From NCBI GenBank assembly GCA_003221005.1, contig QHTZ01000084.1, forward strand, positions 1-32,307: a DNA stretch of 32,307 bases, given 5' to 3'. Below are positions 9,480 to 18,412 of this stretch, in pieces. Both the position numbers and the translations under genes were made by a program. Below the pieces are notes generated by a model, which was not told the DNA's origin, ran no database searches, and saw only the letters and a program-made list of their open reading frames with translations. The stretch comes from Gemmatimonadota bacterium (GTDB taxonomy: Bacteria; Gemmatimonadota; Gemmatimonadetes; Gemmatimonadales; GWC2-71-9). Each line of letters starts with the position of its first letter. Position 1 is the first letter of the stretch.

Positions 9480-9806
9480 GGAGCGGGCCCCGGCGTGGCC
9501 GACGCTCCGCGGGGCGTCCGAAGGCTCGGCAGGCGCATGCCTCGTGCCGTCGGCGAGGCAGGCGGGTGGTGCGGCGGTGGGTGAGGGTGCCGTCGGCGAC
9601 CCCGCGTAGTAGCAGAGGGCGCAGCGCAACGCGTCGTGCAGCACGAGGCAGCTCGCGTCGTGGTGCGCTTCGACAGTCGCGGGAGCGGTCTCGCGTTCCC
9701 GCGCGTGCGCCAACGACACCGCGCCGCCCGCGAGGGTTTGCAGCGCAAGCAGCAGCGCGGACACGGCGGCGCTCGTGCGGCTACGCCTGGTTGGGATGGT
9801 CGTCAC
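9453..9806 (-). CDS. Small secreted His/Cys-rich protein ending in RAPP (DUF2946/CruR/CutF-like candidate arrest peptide)
   Basis: 117 aa; signal-like N-terminus ending AHA; HHDASCLVLHDALRCALC; Pro/Ala-rich linker; C-terminal RSRAPPPLLS; GTG overlaps the nfo stop. Confidence 0.72.
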   Translation of the reverse strand: MTTIPTRRSRTSAAVSALLLALQTLAGGAVSLAHARERETAPATVEAHHDASCLVLHDALRCALCYYAGSPTAPSPTAAPPACLADGTRHAPAEPSDAPRSVGHAGARSRAPPPLLS

Positions 9807-10699
9807 ACCTCATAGGGGACGTGGACCAGGCGCCGCGCTCCGCGGGCATAGGCCCGCAGGCGCCGCAGCATCCGCCGGTCGTGCCGGAGGGCGTCGTCGC
9901 CCTTCGGCGTTTCAATAATCTTAATCACCCGGGTGAGCCGGGGATCGCGCATGATGCGCCGGAACGCTTCGGCCCCGATCCGTCCGTCCGCGATCCACTG
10001 GTGCCGGTCCAGGTGGGATCCGGGTGCTGCCTTGGAGTCGTTCAGGTGCAAGCCTTTGAGCAGCGCGAGCCCTACCTCGCGGTCGAACTGGTCCCACACG
10101 CCCCCCACGTCGCCGGCCACATCATACCCCGCGGCGTGCAGATGGGCGGTATCGAGGCAGAAGGCGACGCGCTCCCGCAGCGCCACAGGGAGGGCGTCGC
10201 GCAGCGCCCGCAGCTCTTCGAATGTGGATCCCAGCGCCGTGCCTGCCCCCGCTGTCCCCTCGATCAATACGCCTACCTCCCCCGGGACCGCTGTCAGGCA
10301 GGCCGCGTACTCGCGCGCGTTGCGCTCGAGACCGGCGGACCGGTCGTCGATGAAGTTGCCCGGGTGTGACACCACCCAGGGAATCCCGAGCGCCCGACAC
10401 CGGACCAGCTCGCCTTTGAACGCGGCGGCGCTCTTCTCGCGCAACGCCTCGTCCGGTGACGCGAGATTGATCAGATAGCTGTCGTGCGACACCACCGCCC
10501 GCATCCCGCGGCGTGCGACCTCCGCCCGAAACGTCGCGACCTCCGCACTCGTGAGCGCCGGCTCGCGCCACTGGTTTGGCGTCTTCGTGAAGACCTGGAT
10601 CGCGGTCGCGCGGATCGCTGCGCCGCGGGCGGGCGCGTTCGCCACGCCGCCCGTGGTCGAGACGTGCGCGCCCAGGGTGTCGTCCGGCGGGCGCCTCAC
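9803..10699 (-). CDS. nfo: Endonuclease IV (AP endonuclease 2)
   Basis: LGAHVS, QVFTKTPNQW, HDSYLINLAS, HPG, CLDTAHLHAAGYD, HLNDSK, DRHQWI, IETP. Confidence 0.95.
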   Translation of the reverse strand: MRRPPDDTLGAHVSTTGGVANAPARGAAIRATAIQVFTKTPNQWREPALTSAEVATFRAEVARRGMRAVVSHDSYLINLASPDEALREKSAAAFKGELVRCRALGIPWVVSHPGNFIDDRSAGLERNAREYAACLTAVPGEVGVLIEGTAGAGTALGSTFEELRALRDALPVALRERVAFCLDTAHLHAAGYDVAGDVGGVWDQFDREVGLALLKGLHLNDSKAAPGSHLDRHQWIADGRIGAEAFRRIMRDPRLTRVIKIIETPKGDDALRHDRRMLRRLRAYARGARRLVHVPYEV

Positions 10700-11373
10700 C
10701 CCCAGTCTCCCTCCGTGAACGCTAGGCGGGAGATCAAAGGGACGAACCGCACGCCGCCCGCGCGGCGCTCTTCAATACCGCTGGGCGTCCGCTCGTAGAT
10801 GACGAGCTCCTGCATGCTGAGATCGCCGATCGGAATGACGAGGCGTCCGCCGCTGGCGAGTTGTGCGAGCAGCGGCGGTGGCACGGCGGGCGCGGCCGCC
10901 GTCACGAGGATCCCGTCGCATGGCGCCTCCTCCGGCCACCCGGCGGCGCCGTCGCCGAGGCGCGTCTCGATGTTCGTGAGGCCGAGCCGGCGGAACCGCT
11001 CCTCGGCCTCGACGAGCAGGTCGGGGCGCCGCTCGATCGTGTAGACGCGCCGGGCGAGGTGCGCCAGGATGGCGGCCTGGTAGCCTGAGCCGGTCCCGAT
11101 TTCCAGCACGCGGTCGCGGCGGCGCGGCGCGAGCGCGGCCGTCATCAGCGCCACGATGTAGGGTTGGGAGATCGTCTGGCCGCTGCCGATCGGCAGCGGC
11201 GTATCCTCGTACGCTTCCGCGTGCAGGTGCGGCGGCAGGAACCACTCGCGCGGCACTCGCGCCATGACGGCGAGCACGCGCCGGTCGCGGATGCCGCGCT
11301 GCGCGAGCTGCGCGGCCACCATGCGGTGCCGTGCCGCGCGCGTCTCAGGCGCCGGATTGCTCACGGGCCGCAC
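10696..11373 (-). CDS. pcm: Protein-L-isoaspartate O-methyltransferase (start codon uncertain)
   Basis: VPREWF, AYEDTPLPIGSGQTISQPYIVALM, VLEIGTGSGYQAA, GGRLVIPIG, VRFVPL. Confidence 0.95.
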   Translation of the reverse strand: MRPVSNPAPETRAARHRMVAAQLAQRGIRDRRVLAVMARVPREWFLPPHLHAEAYEDTPLPIGSGQTISQPYIVALMTAALAPRRRDRVLEIGTGSGYQAAILAHLARRVYTIERRPDLLVEAEERFRRLGLTNIETRLGDGAAGWPEEAPCDGILVTAAAPAVPPPLLAQLASGGRLVIPIGDLSMQELVIYERTPSGIEERRAGGVRFVPLISRLAFTEGDWG

Positions 11374-11436
11374 TGCGTGCTTGCCGCCGCATCGGGTGAA
11401 CTATACCTTGACACCCGCACGCGCGGGCAAGGTCCT

Positions 11437-12870
11437 GTGCCGGAGCAGTCACAGAGTCGCATCCTGCTGGTCGGTGATCCCGCCGCTCGGCCCGAAGGGC
11501 TGGAGCGGCTTTTAGTGCGTGGCGGGTTCCAGGTCACCGAGGAGGAGCGCGGCGCCCCGGAGCGCGCCGACCGGCCGCCGCCCGACCTGCTGCTCTACGC
11601 GGTCGCCGGCCGGGAGCCCCGGCTGACCGACCAGGTCCGGGAGCTCACGACCGGGCCGCGGTATGGCGGCGCCCCGGTGTTCGTCCTCGTCGGCGAGGGG
11701 GGGCCGGAGGCGGCCGCCGAGGCGATCCTCGCCGGCGCCCAGGACGCGGTCGCGAGCCCCGTCCACTTCGGCGAGCTCCGCGCCCGCATCGACGCCCATC
11801 TCCGGATCCGCGGCGACCTGCGAGAGGCGCGCGACGCGCTGCGCGCCCGCGACCTGCTGTTCGACATCTTCCAGGAAGTGTCCGCTGCGCTGCGCGCGGA
11901 CGAGATTTTCCAGACTCTGGTCCGGCGGGTGGGCCAGGCGTTCGGGCTCACCCACTGTTCGTTCGTGCTCACCGCGCCTGGCGAGGACAAGGGGCGCGTC
12001 GTGGCGGTGTACGAGAATCCGGCCATTCGCGACTTGCGGGTCGATCTCGAACGCTACCCGGAGATCCAGGAGGCGATCCGCACGGAGCGCCCCGTGATCA
12101 TTCATGATGTTCAGGAGCACCCCCTGTTCGAGACGATCCGCCGGCGCTGGGTGCAGCAGCAGATCGAGGTCAACGTGCAGTCGGCGGTCGCCCTCCCGGT
12201 CTTCGTGCAGGGCCGCGCCGCCGGGGTGTTCTTCCTGAGGACGGTGCAGGGGGATCCGCAGCTCCGACCCCAGGACGTCGCGTTCGCGAACACGATCGCC
12301 CAGGCCGCGGCACGCGTGCTGGAGAACGAAGAGCGACGCGCGTCGATCTACCGCCGCCAGAGCAGCGCCGGCGTGACGGACGTCCTCACGGGGTGCGCCA
12401 GCCTCGACGCGCTGGACCGTCGCGTGCGGGACGAGTTCGAGCGGGCCCGGCGCTATTCCCTGCGCTTCGCCCTTGTGCTCTTGGACATCGATCACTTGCG
12501 CGAAGTCAATGACCAGCTAGGGCAGGCGGCCGGCGATCGCGTCCTGGGGGAGGTGGGCTCGATGTTGCAGCGCGAGATCCGCGCGCCGGATTTCGTGGCC
12601 CGCTACGGTGGCGACGAGTTCGCCCTCATCCTGCCCGAGACGAACGGCGAGGGCGGCCGCCACTTCGTGGAGCGACTGCGCCAGGTGGTGAGCCGCCACA
12701 CCTTCTCCGATCTCGGTCCCGGGCGCGTGCCGGGCCTCTCCGCAGGGGTTGCGTCGTTCCCTCACGCCGAGGTGCTGCGGCCCGAAGACCTCTTCACGCT
12801 CGCCGAGGGAGCACTCGCTCGCGGCAAGACCGCGGAGCCGGACCGGATCGGCGTCGCGGCGGGGAGCTAG
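11437..12870 (+). CDS. Diguanylate cyclase-like protein: pseudo-receiver + GAF + GGDEF
   Basis: Start re-called at GTG 11437 to avoid overlapping pcm; REC-like RILLV..PDLLL..ELRARI; GAF (YPEIQEAIRTERPVIIHDV..ALPV); RAPDFVARYGGDEFALILP. Confidence 0.88.
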   Translation: MPEQSQSRILLVGDPAARPEGLERLLVRGGFQVTEEERGAPERADRPPPDLLLYAVAGREPRLTDQVRELTTGPRYGGAPVFVLVGEGGPEAAAEAILAGAQDAVASPVHFGELRARIDAHLRIRGDLREARDALRARDLLFDIFQEVSAALRADEIFQTLVRRVGQAFGLTHCSFVLTAPGEDKGRVVAVYENPAIRDLRVDLERYPEIQEAIRTERPVIIHDVQEHPLFETIRRRWVQQQIEVNVQSAVALPVFVQGRAAGVFFLRTVQGDPQLRPQDVAFANTIAQAAARVLENEERRASIYRRQSSAGVTDVLTGCASLDALDRRVRDEFERARRYSLRFALVLLDIDHLREVNDQLGQAAGDRVLGEVGSMLQREIRAPDFVARYGGDEFALILPETNGEGGRHFVERLRQVVSRHTFSDLGPGRVPGLSAGVASFPHAEVLRPEDLFTLAEGALARGKTAEPDRIGVAAGS

Positions 12871-13983
12871 TCAGTCGAGGGTTTTGTGGAACCGTCGCAC
12901 GGAAGCGACGATCAGCACGACGGCGAACCCCGCGAGGATGAGCACCTCCCGCCACAACGCCTCCAGCCCGACCCCTTTGAGCAGGATCCCCCGCACCACC
13001 TTCAGGAAGTACGTCAACGGGACCATGAGCCCCAGCCATTGCGCGACCTCCGGCATGGCTTGACGGGGGAACATGAAGCCTGACAGCAGGATGTTCGGCA
13101 GCATGAAGCCAAAGCTCGCCTGCATCGCCTGTTGCTGCGTGCGCACCAGCGTGGACACGAACAGGCCGAACGCGAGGCTGGCGATGATGAAGATGAGGGT
13201 CACGCCGTAGAGGAGCAGGATGTTCCCGGTGAGCGGGACGTCGAAGACGAAGCGGCCGAGGATCAGGACCGCGGTCATCTGCAGCAGGCCCACGCCCACA
13301 TACGGGGTGATCTTCCCGAGCATCAGCTCGGTCTTCGTAATTGGCGTGACGATGAGCTGCTCGAGCGTGCCGCGCTCGCGCTCGCGGACGATGGCCATGG
13401 CTGTGATGAGCACCATGGTCATGGTGAGGATGACGCCCACGAGGCCGGGCACGATGTAGTTGGGGCTGCGGAGCCCAGGGTTGTAGCGGGGACGGACGCG
13501 GGCCTCGAGCGGGAGGTTGGCGCGGCCCGCCGCACGCGTGAGGATCAGTAGGTCACGGGCGTGTGCGACTGCCACCGCCGCGGCGATGGCGGACTGCGAC
13601 GCCAAGGGATCGCTCGCGTCGACGATGATCTGGAGCGTCGCCGTCCGGCCGCGCACCAAATCGCGCGGGTACTCATAGGGTACCACGATCGCCGCCTGCG
13701 CCTCGCCGCGCGCGATGGCCCGGTCGACCGCGGGCCGCCCGTCCACGTGCGCCACGATGCGAAAGTTGCCCGTGTTTTGAAACGCCTGGATGATGTCGCG
13801 GCTCTCGGGCGTGCGCGATTCGTCGAGCACGACCGTGGGGAGGTTGCGCACATCGGTCTGGATGGCGTACCCGAAGACGAGCAGCTGGATCACCGGAATA
13901 CCGATCATCATCGCGAAGGTGAGGTGGTCCCTCCGCATCTGGATGAACTCTTTGCGGAACATCGGCCAAAAGCGGGGCATCAT
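12871..13983 (-). CDS. ABC-2 type exporter permease (YbhR/YbhS-like)
   Basis: Start at ATG 13983 (ATGA overlap); KEFIQMRRD, YNPGL..YIVPGL, RERERGTLEQLIVTP, LSGFMFP. Confidence 0.92.
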   Translation of the reverse strand: MMPRFWPMFRKEFIQMRRDHLTFAMMIGIPVIQLLVFGYAIQTDVRNLPTVVLDESRTPESRDIIQAFQNTGNFRIVAHVDGRPAVDRAIARGEAQAAIVVPYEYPRDLVRGRTATLQIIVDASDPLASQSAIAAAVAVAHARDLLILTRAAGRANLPLEARVRPRYNPGLRSPNYIVPGLVGVILTMTMVLITAMAIVRERERGTLEQLIVTPITKTELMLGKITPYVGVGLLQMTAVLILGRFVFDVPLTGNILLLYGVTLIFIIASLAFGLFVSTLVRTQQQAMQASFGFMLPNILLSGFMFPRQAMPEVAQWLGLMVPLTYFLKVVRGILLKGVGLEALWREVLILAGFAVVLIVASVRRFHKTLD

Positions 13984-14708
13984 CGCTCGTCGCGCTCCTG
14001 CAGAATCACGAACGCGTCCTCGAGCGTCCGGCCGCCTACCTGGGCCGCGACCTCGGCCGGCGTTCCTAACGCGATGAGATGCCCCCGGCTCATCATCGCC
14101 AGACGCGCGCACTGCTCCGCTTCGTCCATGTAGTGCGTCGTGACCAGGACCGTCGTCCCGGCATGGGCAAGGTCGTGGATGGTGTGCCAGAAGCGGCGTC
14201 GCGCGGCAGGATCGACGCCTGCCGTGGGCTCATCGAGAAACAGCAGCGCGGGCCGGTGGATCAGCGCGCACGCGAGCGCCAGCCGCTGCTTCCACCCTCC
14301 GGACAGCTGCCCCGCGAGTTGGCCGAGTCGCTCCGCCAGCTCGAGGAACGCAACCACCTCGGCCAGGCGTGCCGTGGCCCGGCGGAAGCCGTAGATCCCG
14401 GCGTAAAAATCCAGGTTCTCCCCCACCGTGAGGTCCTCGTACAACCCGACCTTCTGGGCCATGTACCCGATCCGTTGCTTCACTTGCTCAGGCGCGACCG
14501 CCACGTCGATTCCCGCGACGAGGGCCGACCCTTGGGACGGCTCGAGCAGCCCGCACAGCATGCGGATCGTGGTCGTCTTGCCGGAGCCGTTCGGGCCGAG
14601 CAAGCCGAAGACTTCCCCCTGTTCGATGCGGAGGGTGAGGGCGTCGACGGCGGTCACGGCGCCGAACCGCCGCGTGAGGTTGTGGGTCTCGACAGCGCTC
14701 GGGCTCAC
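13980..14708 (-). CDS. ABC transporter ATP-binding protein (YbhF-like, single domain)
   Basis: Start at GTG 14708; GPNGSGKTT, LSGGWKQRL, LFLDEPTAGVDP, TTHYMDEAE. Confidence 0.93.
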   Translation of the reverse strand: MSPSAVETHNLTRRFGAVTAVDALTLRIEQGEVFGLLGPNGSGKTTTIRMLCGLLEPSQGSALVAGIDVAVAPEQVKQRIGYMAQKVGLYEDLTVGENLDFYAGIYGFRRATARLAEVVAFLELAERLGQLAGQLSGGWKQRLALACALIHRPALLFLDEPTAGVDPAARRRFWHTIHDLAHAGTTVLVTTHYMDEAEQCARLAMMSRGHLIALGTPAEVAAQVGGRTLEDAFVILQERDER

Positions 14709-15640
14709 GGCTCGAGCGGCAAGTCGAGCGTCACCGGCATGCCAGCCTTGAGCTTGCCCCCGGCGTCCCCGTCGGTGGGTTCCACTTTGACGCCGAACAC
14801 GAGATCGGCGCGCTCGCGCTCCGTGAGCGCCACGCGCGGGGTGAACTCGGCGCGCGGCGCGATCTCGACCACGCGCGCGGCGAACTTCCGGCCCGGGTAG
14901 GCGTCCACCCGGATGACGGCGGCCTGTCCCAGCTTGAGCCGCCCGATGAAGCGGTCGCCCACGTAAGCGCGAATCCATGGGTGCCGCACCAGACCCAGAG
15001 AGACCACGGGCGTGCCGGCGGAGAGGACTTCGCCGGGGTCGGCGTAGCGCGTGAGGACTACGCCGTCCTCCGGGGCGATGATCGTCAGCTCGTCGCGGGT
15101 CGCGAGCGCGGCGGACACGGCAGCGCTCGCCGCTGCGGATTCGCTCGGCGCCGCCCGCATCGCGGCGAGGCGTGCGGCCGCTGCGGCAGCGGCCGCCTTG
15201 AGGGCGTCGTACTGCTGCTGTGAGATGATGCTCTGCTGGCGCAGCCGCTCACTGCGCGCCAGATCGCTCGCCGCGCGCGCGCTGTCGGCCTCCGCCGCCT
15301 GCACTTCGGCCACGCGGAAGGCCGCGGCCCGGGCCTGGGCGCGCCGCTGCCAGATCAGCGCGTCCAGCCCCGGCTGAGTGAGCACCGCCACGGTGTCCCC
15401 CCGCCGCACCGTGTCGCCCTCGTCCTTGAACAGCCGCTGCAGTCGGCCTGAGGTGAGCGCCGCGAGCTGCAGGTCGCGGATTTCGACCGTACCGGAGACC
15501 GTCAGCGTGCTTCCGGAGTGGTGGCAGGCTGCGACGGCCAACAACAGAACAGCGTCGAGGAGAACGGCGTCAAGGAGAGGCGTCGAGGGAAAACGTCCCT
15601 TCTTGACGTCGTCCCTCGCCGTTCTTTCTTGAGGCCTCAT
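14705..15640 (-). CDS. HlyD/YbhG-like membrane-fusion adaptor, probable lipoprotein
   Basis: ATG 15640 overlaps the envC stop; lipobox VAAC; SGTVE, EGDTVRRGD, APEDGVV, AEFTPR, LKAGMP. Confidence 0.88.
   Translation of the reverse strand: MRPQERTARDDVKKGRFPSTPLLDAVLLDAVLLLAVAACHHSGSTLTVSGTVEIRDLQLAALTSGRLQRLFKDEGDTVRRGDTVAVLTQPGLDALIWQRRAQARAAAFRVAEVQAAEADSARAASDLARSERLRQQSIISQQQYDALKAAAAAAAARLAAMRAAPSESAAASAAVSAALATRDELTIIAPEDGVVLTRYADPGEVLSAGTPVVSLGLVRHPWIRAYVGDRFIGRLKLGQAAVIRVDAYPGRKFAARVVEIAPRAEFTPRVALTERERADLVFGVKVEPTDGDAGGKLKAGMPVTLDLPLEP
15546..15635. repeat. Degenerate ~15-nt tandem repeats with inverted counterparts in the HlyD 5' end
   Basis: agaacagcgtcgagg / agaacggcgtcaagg / agaggcgtcgagg at 15546-15588; complements cttgacg (15602-15608) and cgccgttct (15617-15625). 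Confidence 0.55.
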
Positions 15641-16866
15641 CGATGTTGCGGCATGAGCCAATTCACCGGATCGAGCGCAATCCCGCCCTGGCCACGGATC
15701 TCGAAGTGCAGATGCGGCCCTTCGTCACTCGACGCGCCGCCGACGTGCCCCACGAGCTGACCCTTGATCACGCGCTCGCCCCGTGTGACGGTGGCGTCGC
15801 TGAGGGAGCCGTAGAAGGTGTAATAGCCACCGCCGTGGTCGAGCAGCACGGAGGTGAGGTAGGTGCCGAGCGGGCCGGCGAGGCTCACGGTCCCGGTCGC
15901 CACGGCGCGCACGGGCGTGCCGGCCGGCGCGCCGATGCCGATGCCGTGCCACGGAAGCCGCGTGTTGTTGGGGCCCGCCGCGGTGCCGAACTGGTAGATG
16001 ACGCGCCCCGGCACGGGCCAGTCGAGCCGGCCGATGTCTGCCGTCGTGATGGCCGCGGCGCCGACGCCGGCGCCCCGGGCCTCGGCCTCGCGGCGCGCCC
16101 GCTCGAGCGCGGCGATCCGGTCGTTCAGCGTGCGCTCGTTGCGCTCGAGCTCGGACAGGCGTTGCGCCGCGGCGCGCGAGCTCCGCCGGGTCTCCCGCAG
16201 GCTCGCCTGGTGCTCGCGCTCGAGCGTCTGATAGCGCTGCAGCTCCTGCGTCCGCTCCGCCTTGCGGCGGGCGAGCGCGTCGCGGGCATCCAGCAGTGCC
16301 TGGCGCTCGCGCGCGATCCGGTCCCGCAGCTTGAACATGTCGTTCGCGAGCAGCCGGTCCTGGCGGCTCACTAGATAGAGATACTTGTAGCGGGACAGCA
16401 GATCACCGAAGCTCTCGGAGGCGAGCAGCACCTGGTAGGCGTAGAGCGGGCCGCGCTTGTAGATGTCCTCGAGCCGCCGCTCCAGGACGGCGCGCTTTTC
16501 CTCGAGCGCGTCCTGGGCGAGGATCAGGTCCACGGTGATCTGGTCGATCTGCCGGGACAGCCCGCCGATCTGCCGGTCGAGCTCGTTGACGATGCGGTTC
16601 GTCGTCTCCTTCTGTCGCTCGATGTTCGACAGCTCGTCGGCGAGGGAATGCGCCTGGGTACGCAGCTGCTCGAGCTCCTGCTCGACCTGCGAGCGCTCGC
16701 GGCGGATGTCTTCGAGGCGACGCTGATTGTCCTGGAGCTGCTGCTCGAGCGGTTGGGGACGCTGGGCGAGAAGCGGGAAACGGGAAACGGGAAACGTGAG
16801 TACCGCGAGCATGACCGCCTGGCGCACCACGTTTCCCGTTTCCCGTTTCTCCTTTCCCGTCTTCAT
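15637..16866 (-). CDS. envC: Murein hydrolase activator EnvC (coiled coil + degenerate M23 domain)
   Basis: Long coiled coil, LDWPVPG, WHGIGI (no HxxxD), YGSL, PHLHFEIR, LDP; directly downstream of ftsEX. Confidence 0.85.
   Translation of the reverse strand: MKTGKEKRETGNVVRQAVMLAVLTFPVSRFPLLAQRPQPLEQQLQDNQRRLEDIRRERSQVEQELEQLRTQAHSLADELSNIERQKETTNRIVNELDRQIGGLSRQIDQITVDLILAQDALEEKRAVLERRLEDIYKRGPLYAYQVLLASESFGDLLSRYKYLYLVSRQDRLLANDMFKLRDRIARERQALLDARDALARRKAERTQELQRYQTLEREHQASLRETRRSSRAAAQRLSELERNERTLNDRIAALERARREAEARGAGVGAAAITTADIGRLDWPVPGRVIYQFGTAAGPNNTRLPWHGIGIGAPAGTPVRAVATGTVSLAGPLGTYLTSVLLDHGGGYYTFYGSLSDATVTRGERVIKGQLVGHVGGASSDEGPHLHFEIRGQGGIALDPVNWLMPQHR
16774..16859. repeat. Inverted heptamer tandem repeat: (CGGGAAA)3 ... 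(TTTCCCG)3-4
   Basis: 22-bp perfect inverted repeat, 16777-16798 versus 16828-16849, with a 29-nt loop, inside the envC 5' coding sequence. Confidence 0.9.
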
Positions 16867-17720
16867 ACTCGCCGCAAATGCCGGCCGACGCTCGCCGAGC
16901 TCCCGAAGAACCCGATCAGCGTTCCGAACGCCACGATCGCCGACGCTTGCTCGCGCGAGAAGAACGCCGCGTGGAAGAGCCAGCGGTTGATCAGCGTGTA
17001 GGCGGCGAACGACAGCCCGACGGCGACCAGTCCCCCCAGCATGCCCTTGATCGCTCCCTGGAGCAGGAAGGGGCGCCGGATGAAGCCGTCGGTGGCGCCA
17101 ACCAGGCGCATGATGGCGATCTCCCGGCTCCGCTGCAGCACCGCCATGCGGATCGTGGTGCCGATGATGATGATTGCGACGACGGCGAAGGCAGCGCCAA
17201 CCACCAGCCCGACCGCGGCGGCGAGCTGCCGCAGCCGGTCGAGCTTCTCCACCCAGTCCCGCCCAAACCGCACGTCGTCCACGAACCCGAATCCCCGCAG
17301 CCGGTCGGCGACGTCGTTCACGTGGTCGGCGTCGCGAAACCCGGGCTTCAGCTTGACCTCGAGCGACGCTGGCAGTGGGTTGCGCTCGAGCTCCTGGAGC
17401 ACGTCGCGGAATTCGACCAGCTCGGCGCGCGCGCGGGCAAGCGCCCGGTCTTCGGTCACGTAGGTCGCCGACTGCACCTCGGGGAAGGCCTCGATGTCCT
17501 TCACCGCCATGGTCACCGTCTCGACCGGCGTTCCCGGCAGCAGGTACGCCACGATCTCGACCCGCTCGGCGACCTCGCTCAGGGCCTGCTGCAGATTCAC
17601 GGCGACCAGGCCGAACAGCCCGACCACGAACAGCGAGAAGGCGATGGTCGTGACCGACAGCGCCGAGAGCAGAGGGGCGCGCTGGAAGGTGAGCAGGGCC
17701 TCGCGCAGGACCAGCTTCAC
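16863..17720 (-). CDS. ftsX: Cell division permease FtsX
   Basis: N-terminal TM, NPLPASLEVKL, TIRMAVLQRSREIAIMRLVGATDGFIRRPFLLQG. Confidence 0.95.
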   Translation of the reverse strand: MKLVLREALLTFQRAPLLSALSVTTIAFSLFVVGLFGLVAVNLQQALSEVAERVEIVAYLLPGTPVETVTMAVKDIEAFPEVQSATYVTEDRALARARAELVEFRDVLQELERNPLPASLEVKLKPGFRDADHVNDVADRLRGFGFVDDVRFGRDWVEKLDRLRQLAAAVGLVVGAAFAVVAIIIIGTTIRMAVLQRSREIAIMRLVGATDGFIRRPFLLQGAIKGMLGGLVAVGLSFAAYTLINRWLFHAAFFSREQASAIVAFGTLIGFFGSSASVGRHLRRV

Positions 17721-18412
17721 GTGCTCGCCGCCTGATCCCGGGGCTCGTCCACGCCGGAGTCGTACACCAGCGCGCCCTCCTGCAGCTCGATCACCCGGTA
17801 GGGCGCTTGGCGCACCAGGTCGAGATCATGCGTGGCCATCACGACCGCTGTCCCGCTCGCGTTGATGTCGCGCAGCAGCTGGAACACGCCGCGCGTGGCG
17901 CGCTCGTCGAGGTTACCAGTGGGCTCGTCGGCGAGGAGGACCGTCGGCTCGTTCACGAGCGCGCGCGCGATCGCGACCCGCTGCTGCTCGCCCCCGGAGA
18001 GCTCGCGGGGATAGGCCTTGGCCTTCGCCGCGAGCCCCACCTGGGTGAGCACCCGCATCACGCGCGCGGCAATGCCCGCGCGCCGCGCCCCGGTCACCTC
18101 CAGCGCGAAGGCGACGTTTTCCTCCGCGATGCGGTCTTCCAGCAACCGAAAGTCCTGGAACACGATCCCCAGGCGGCGCCGCAGCTTCGGGATGTCGCGG
18201 CGCGAGATCTCGGCCACGTTGAACCCGGAGACGCGCACTTCGCCGCTCGTCACGGGCTCTTCCGCGTAGATCAGCCGCAGGACGGTGGACTTCCCGGCGC
18301 CCGAGTGGCCGGTGAGGAAGGCGAACTCGCCCTTGGCGATGTGGAAGGAGACGTCCTTCAGCGCCAGGCCGCTCTTCGGGAAGGCCTTGAAGACGCCGGT
18401 GAACTTGATCAC
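17717..18412 (-). CDS. ftsE: Cell division ATP-binding protein FtsE
   Basis: [56 protein letters not shown]. Confidence 0.96.
   Translation of the reverse strand: MIKFTGVFKAFPKSGLALKDVSFHIAKGEFAFLTGHSGAGKSTVLRLIYAEEPVTSGEVRVSGFNVAEISRRDIPKLRRRLGIVFQDFRLLEDRIAEENVAFALEVTGARRAGIAARVMRVLTQVGLAAKAKAYPRELSGGEQQRVAIARALVNEPTVLLADEPTGNLDERATRGVFQLLRDINASGTAVVMATHDLDLVRQAPYRVIELQEGALVYDSGVDEPRDQAAST

Noticed and set aside
12871-14708. ABC ATPase and permease as the missing partners of the metal uptake system
   Set aside because: They have YbhF/YbhR-type exporter signatures and are coupled to an HlyD adaptor, not ZnuC-like.
15637-16030. Degenerate M23 active site as a novelty
   Set aside because: Loss of zinc ligands is the established state of EnvC next to ftsEX.
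16774-16859. Repeats as a CRISPR array or intrinsic terminator
   Set aside because: Units are 7 nt with no spacers and no cas genes nearby; the element is inside a coding start and has no U-tract after the stem.
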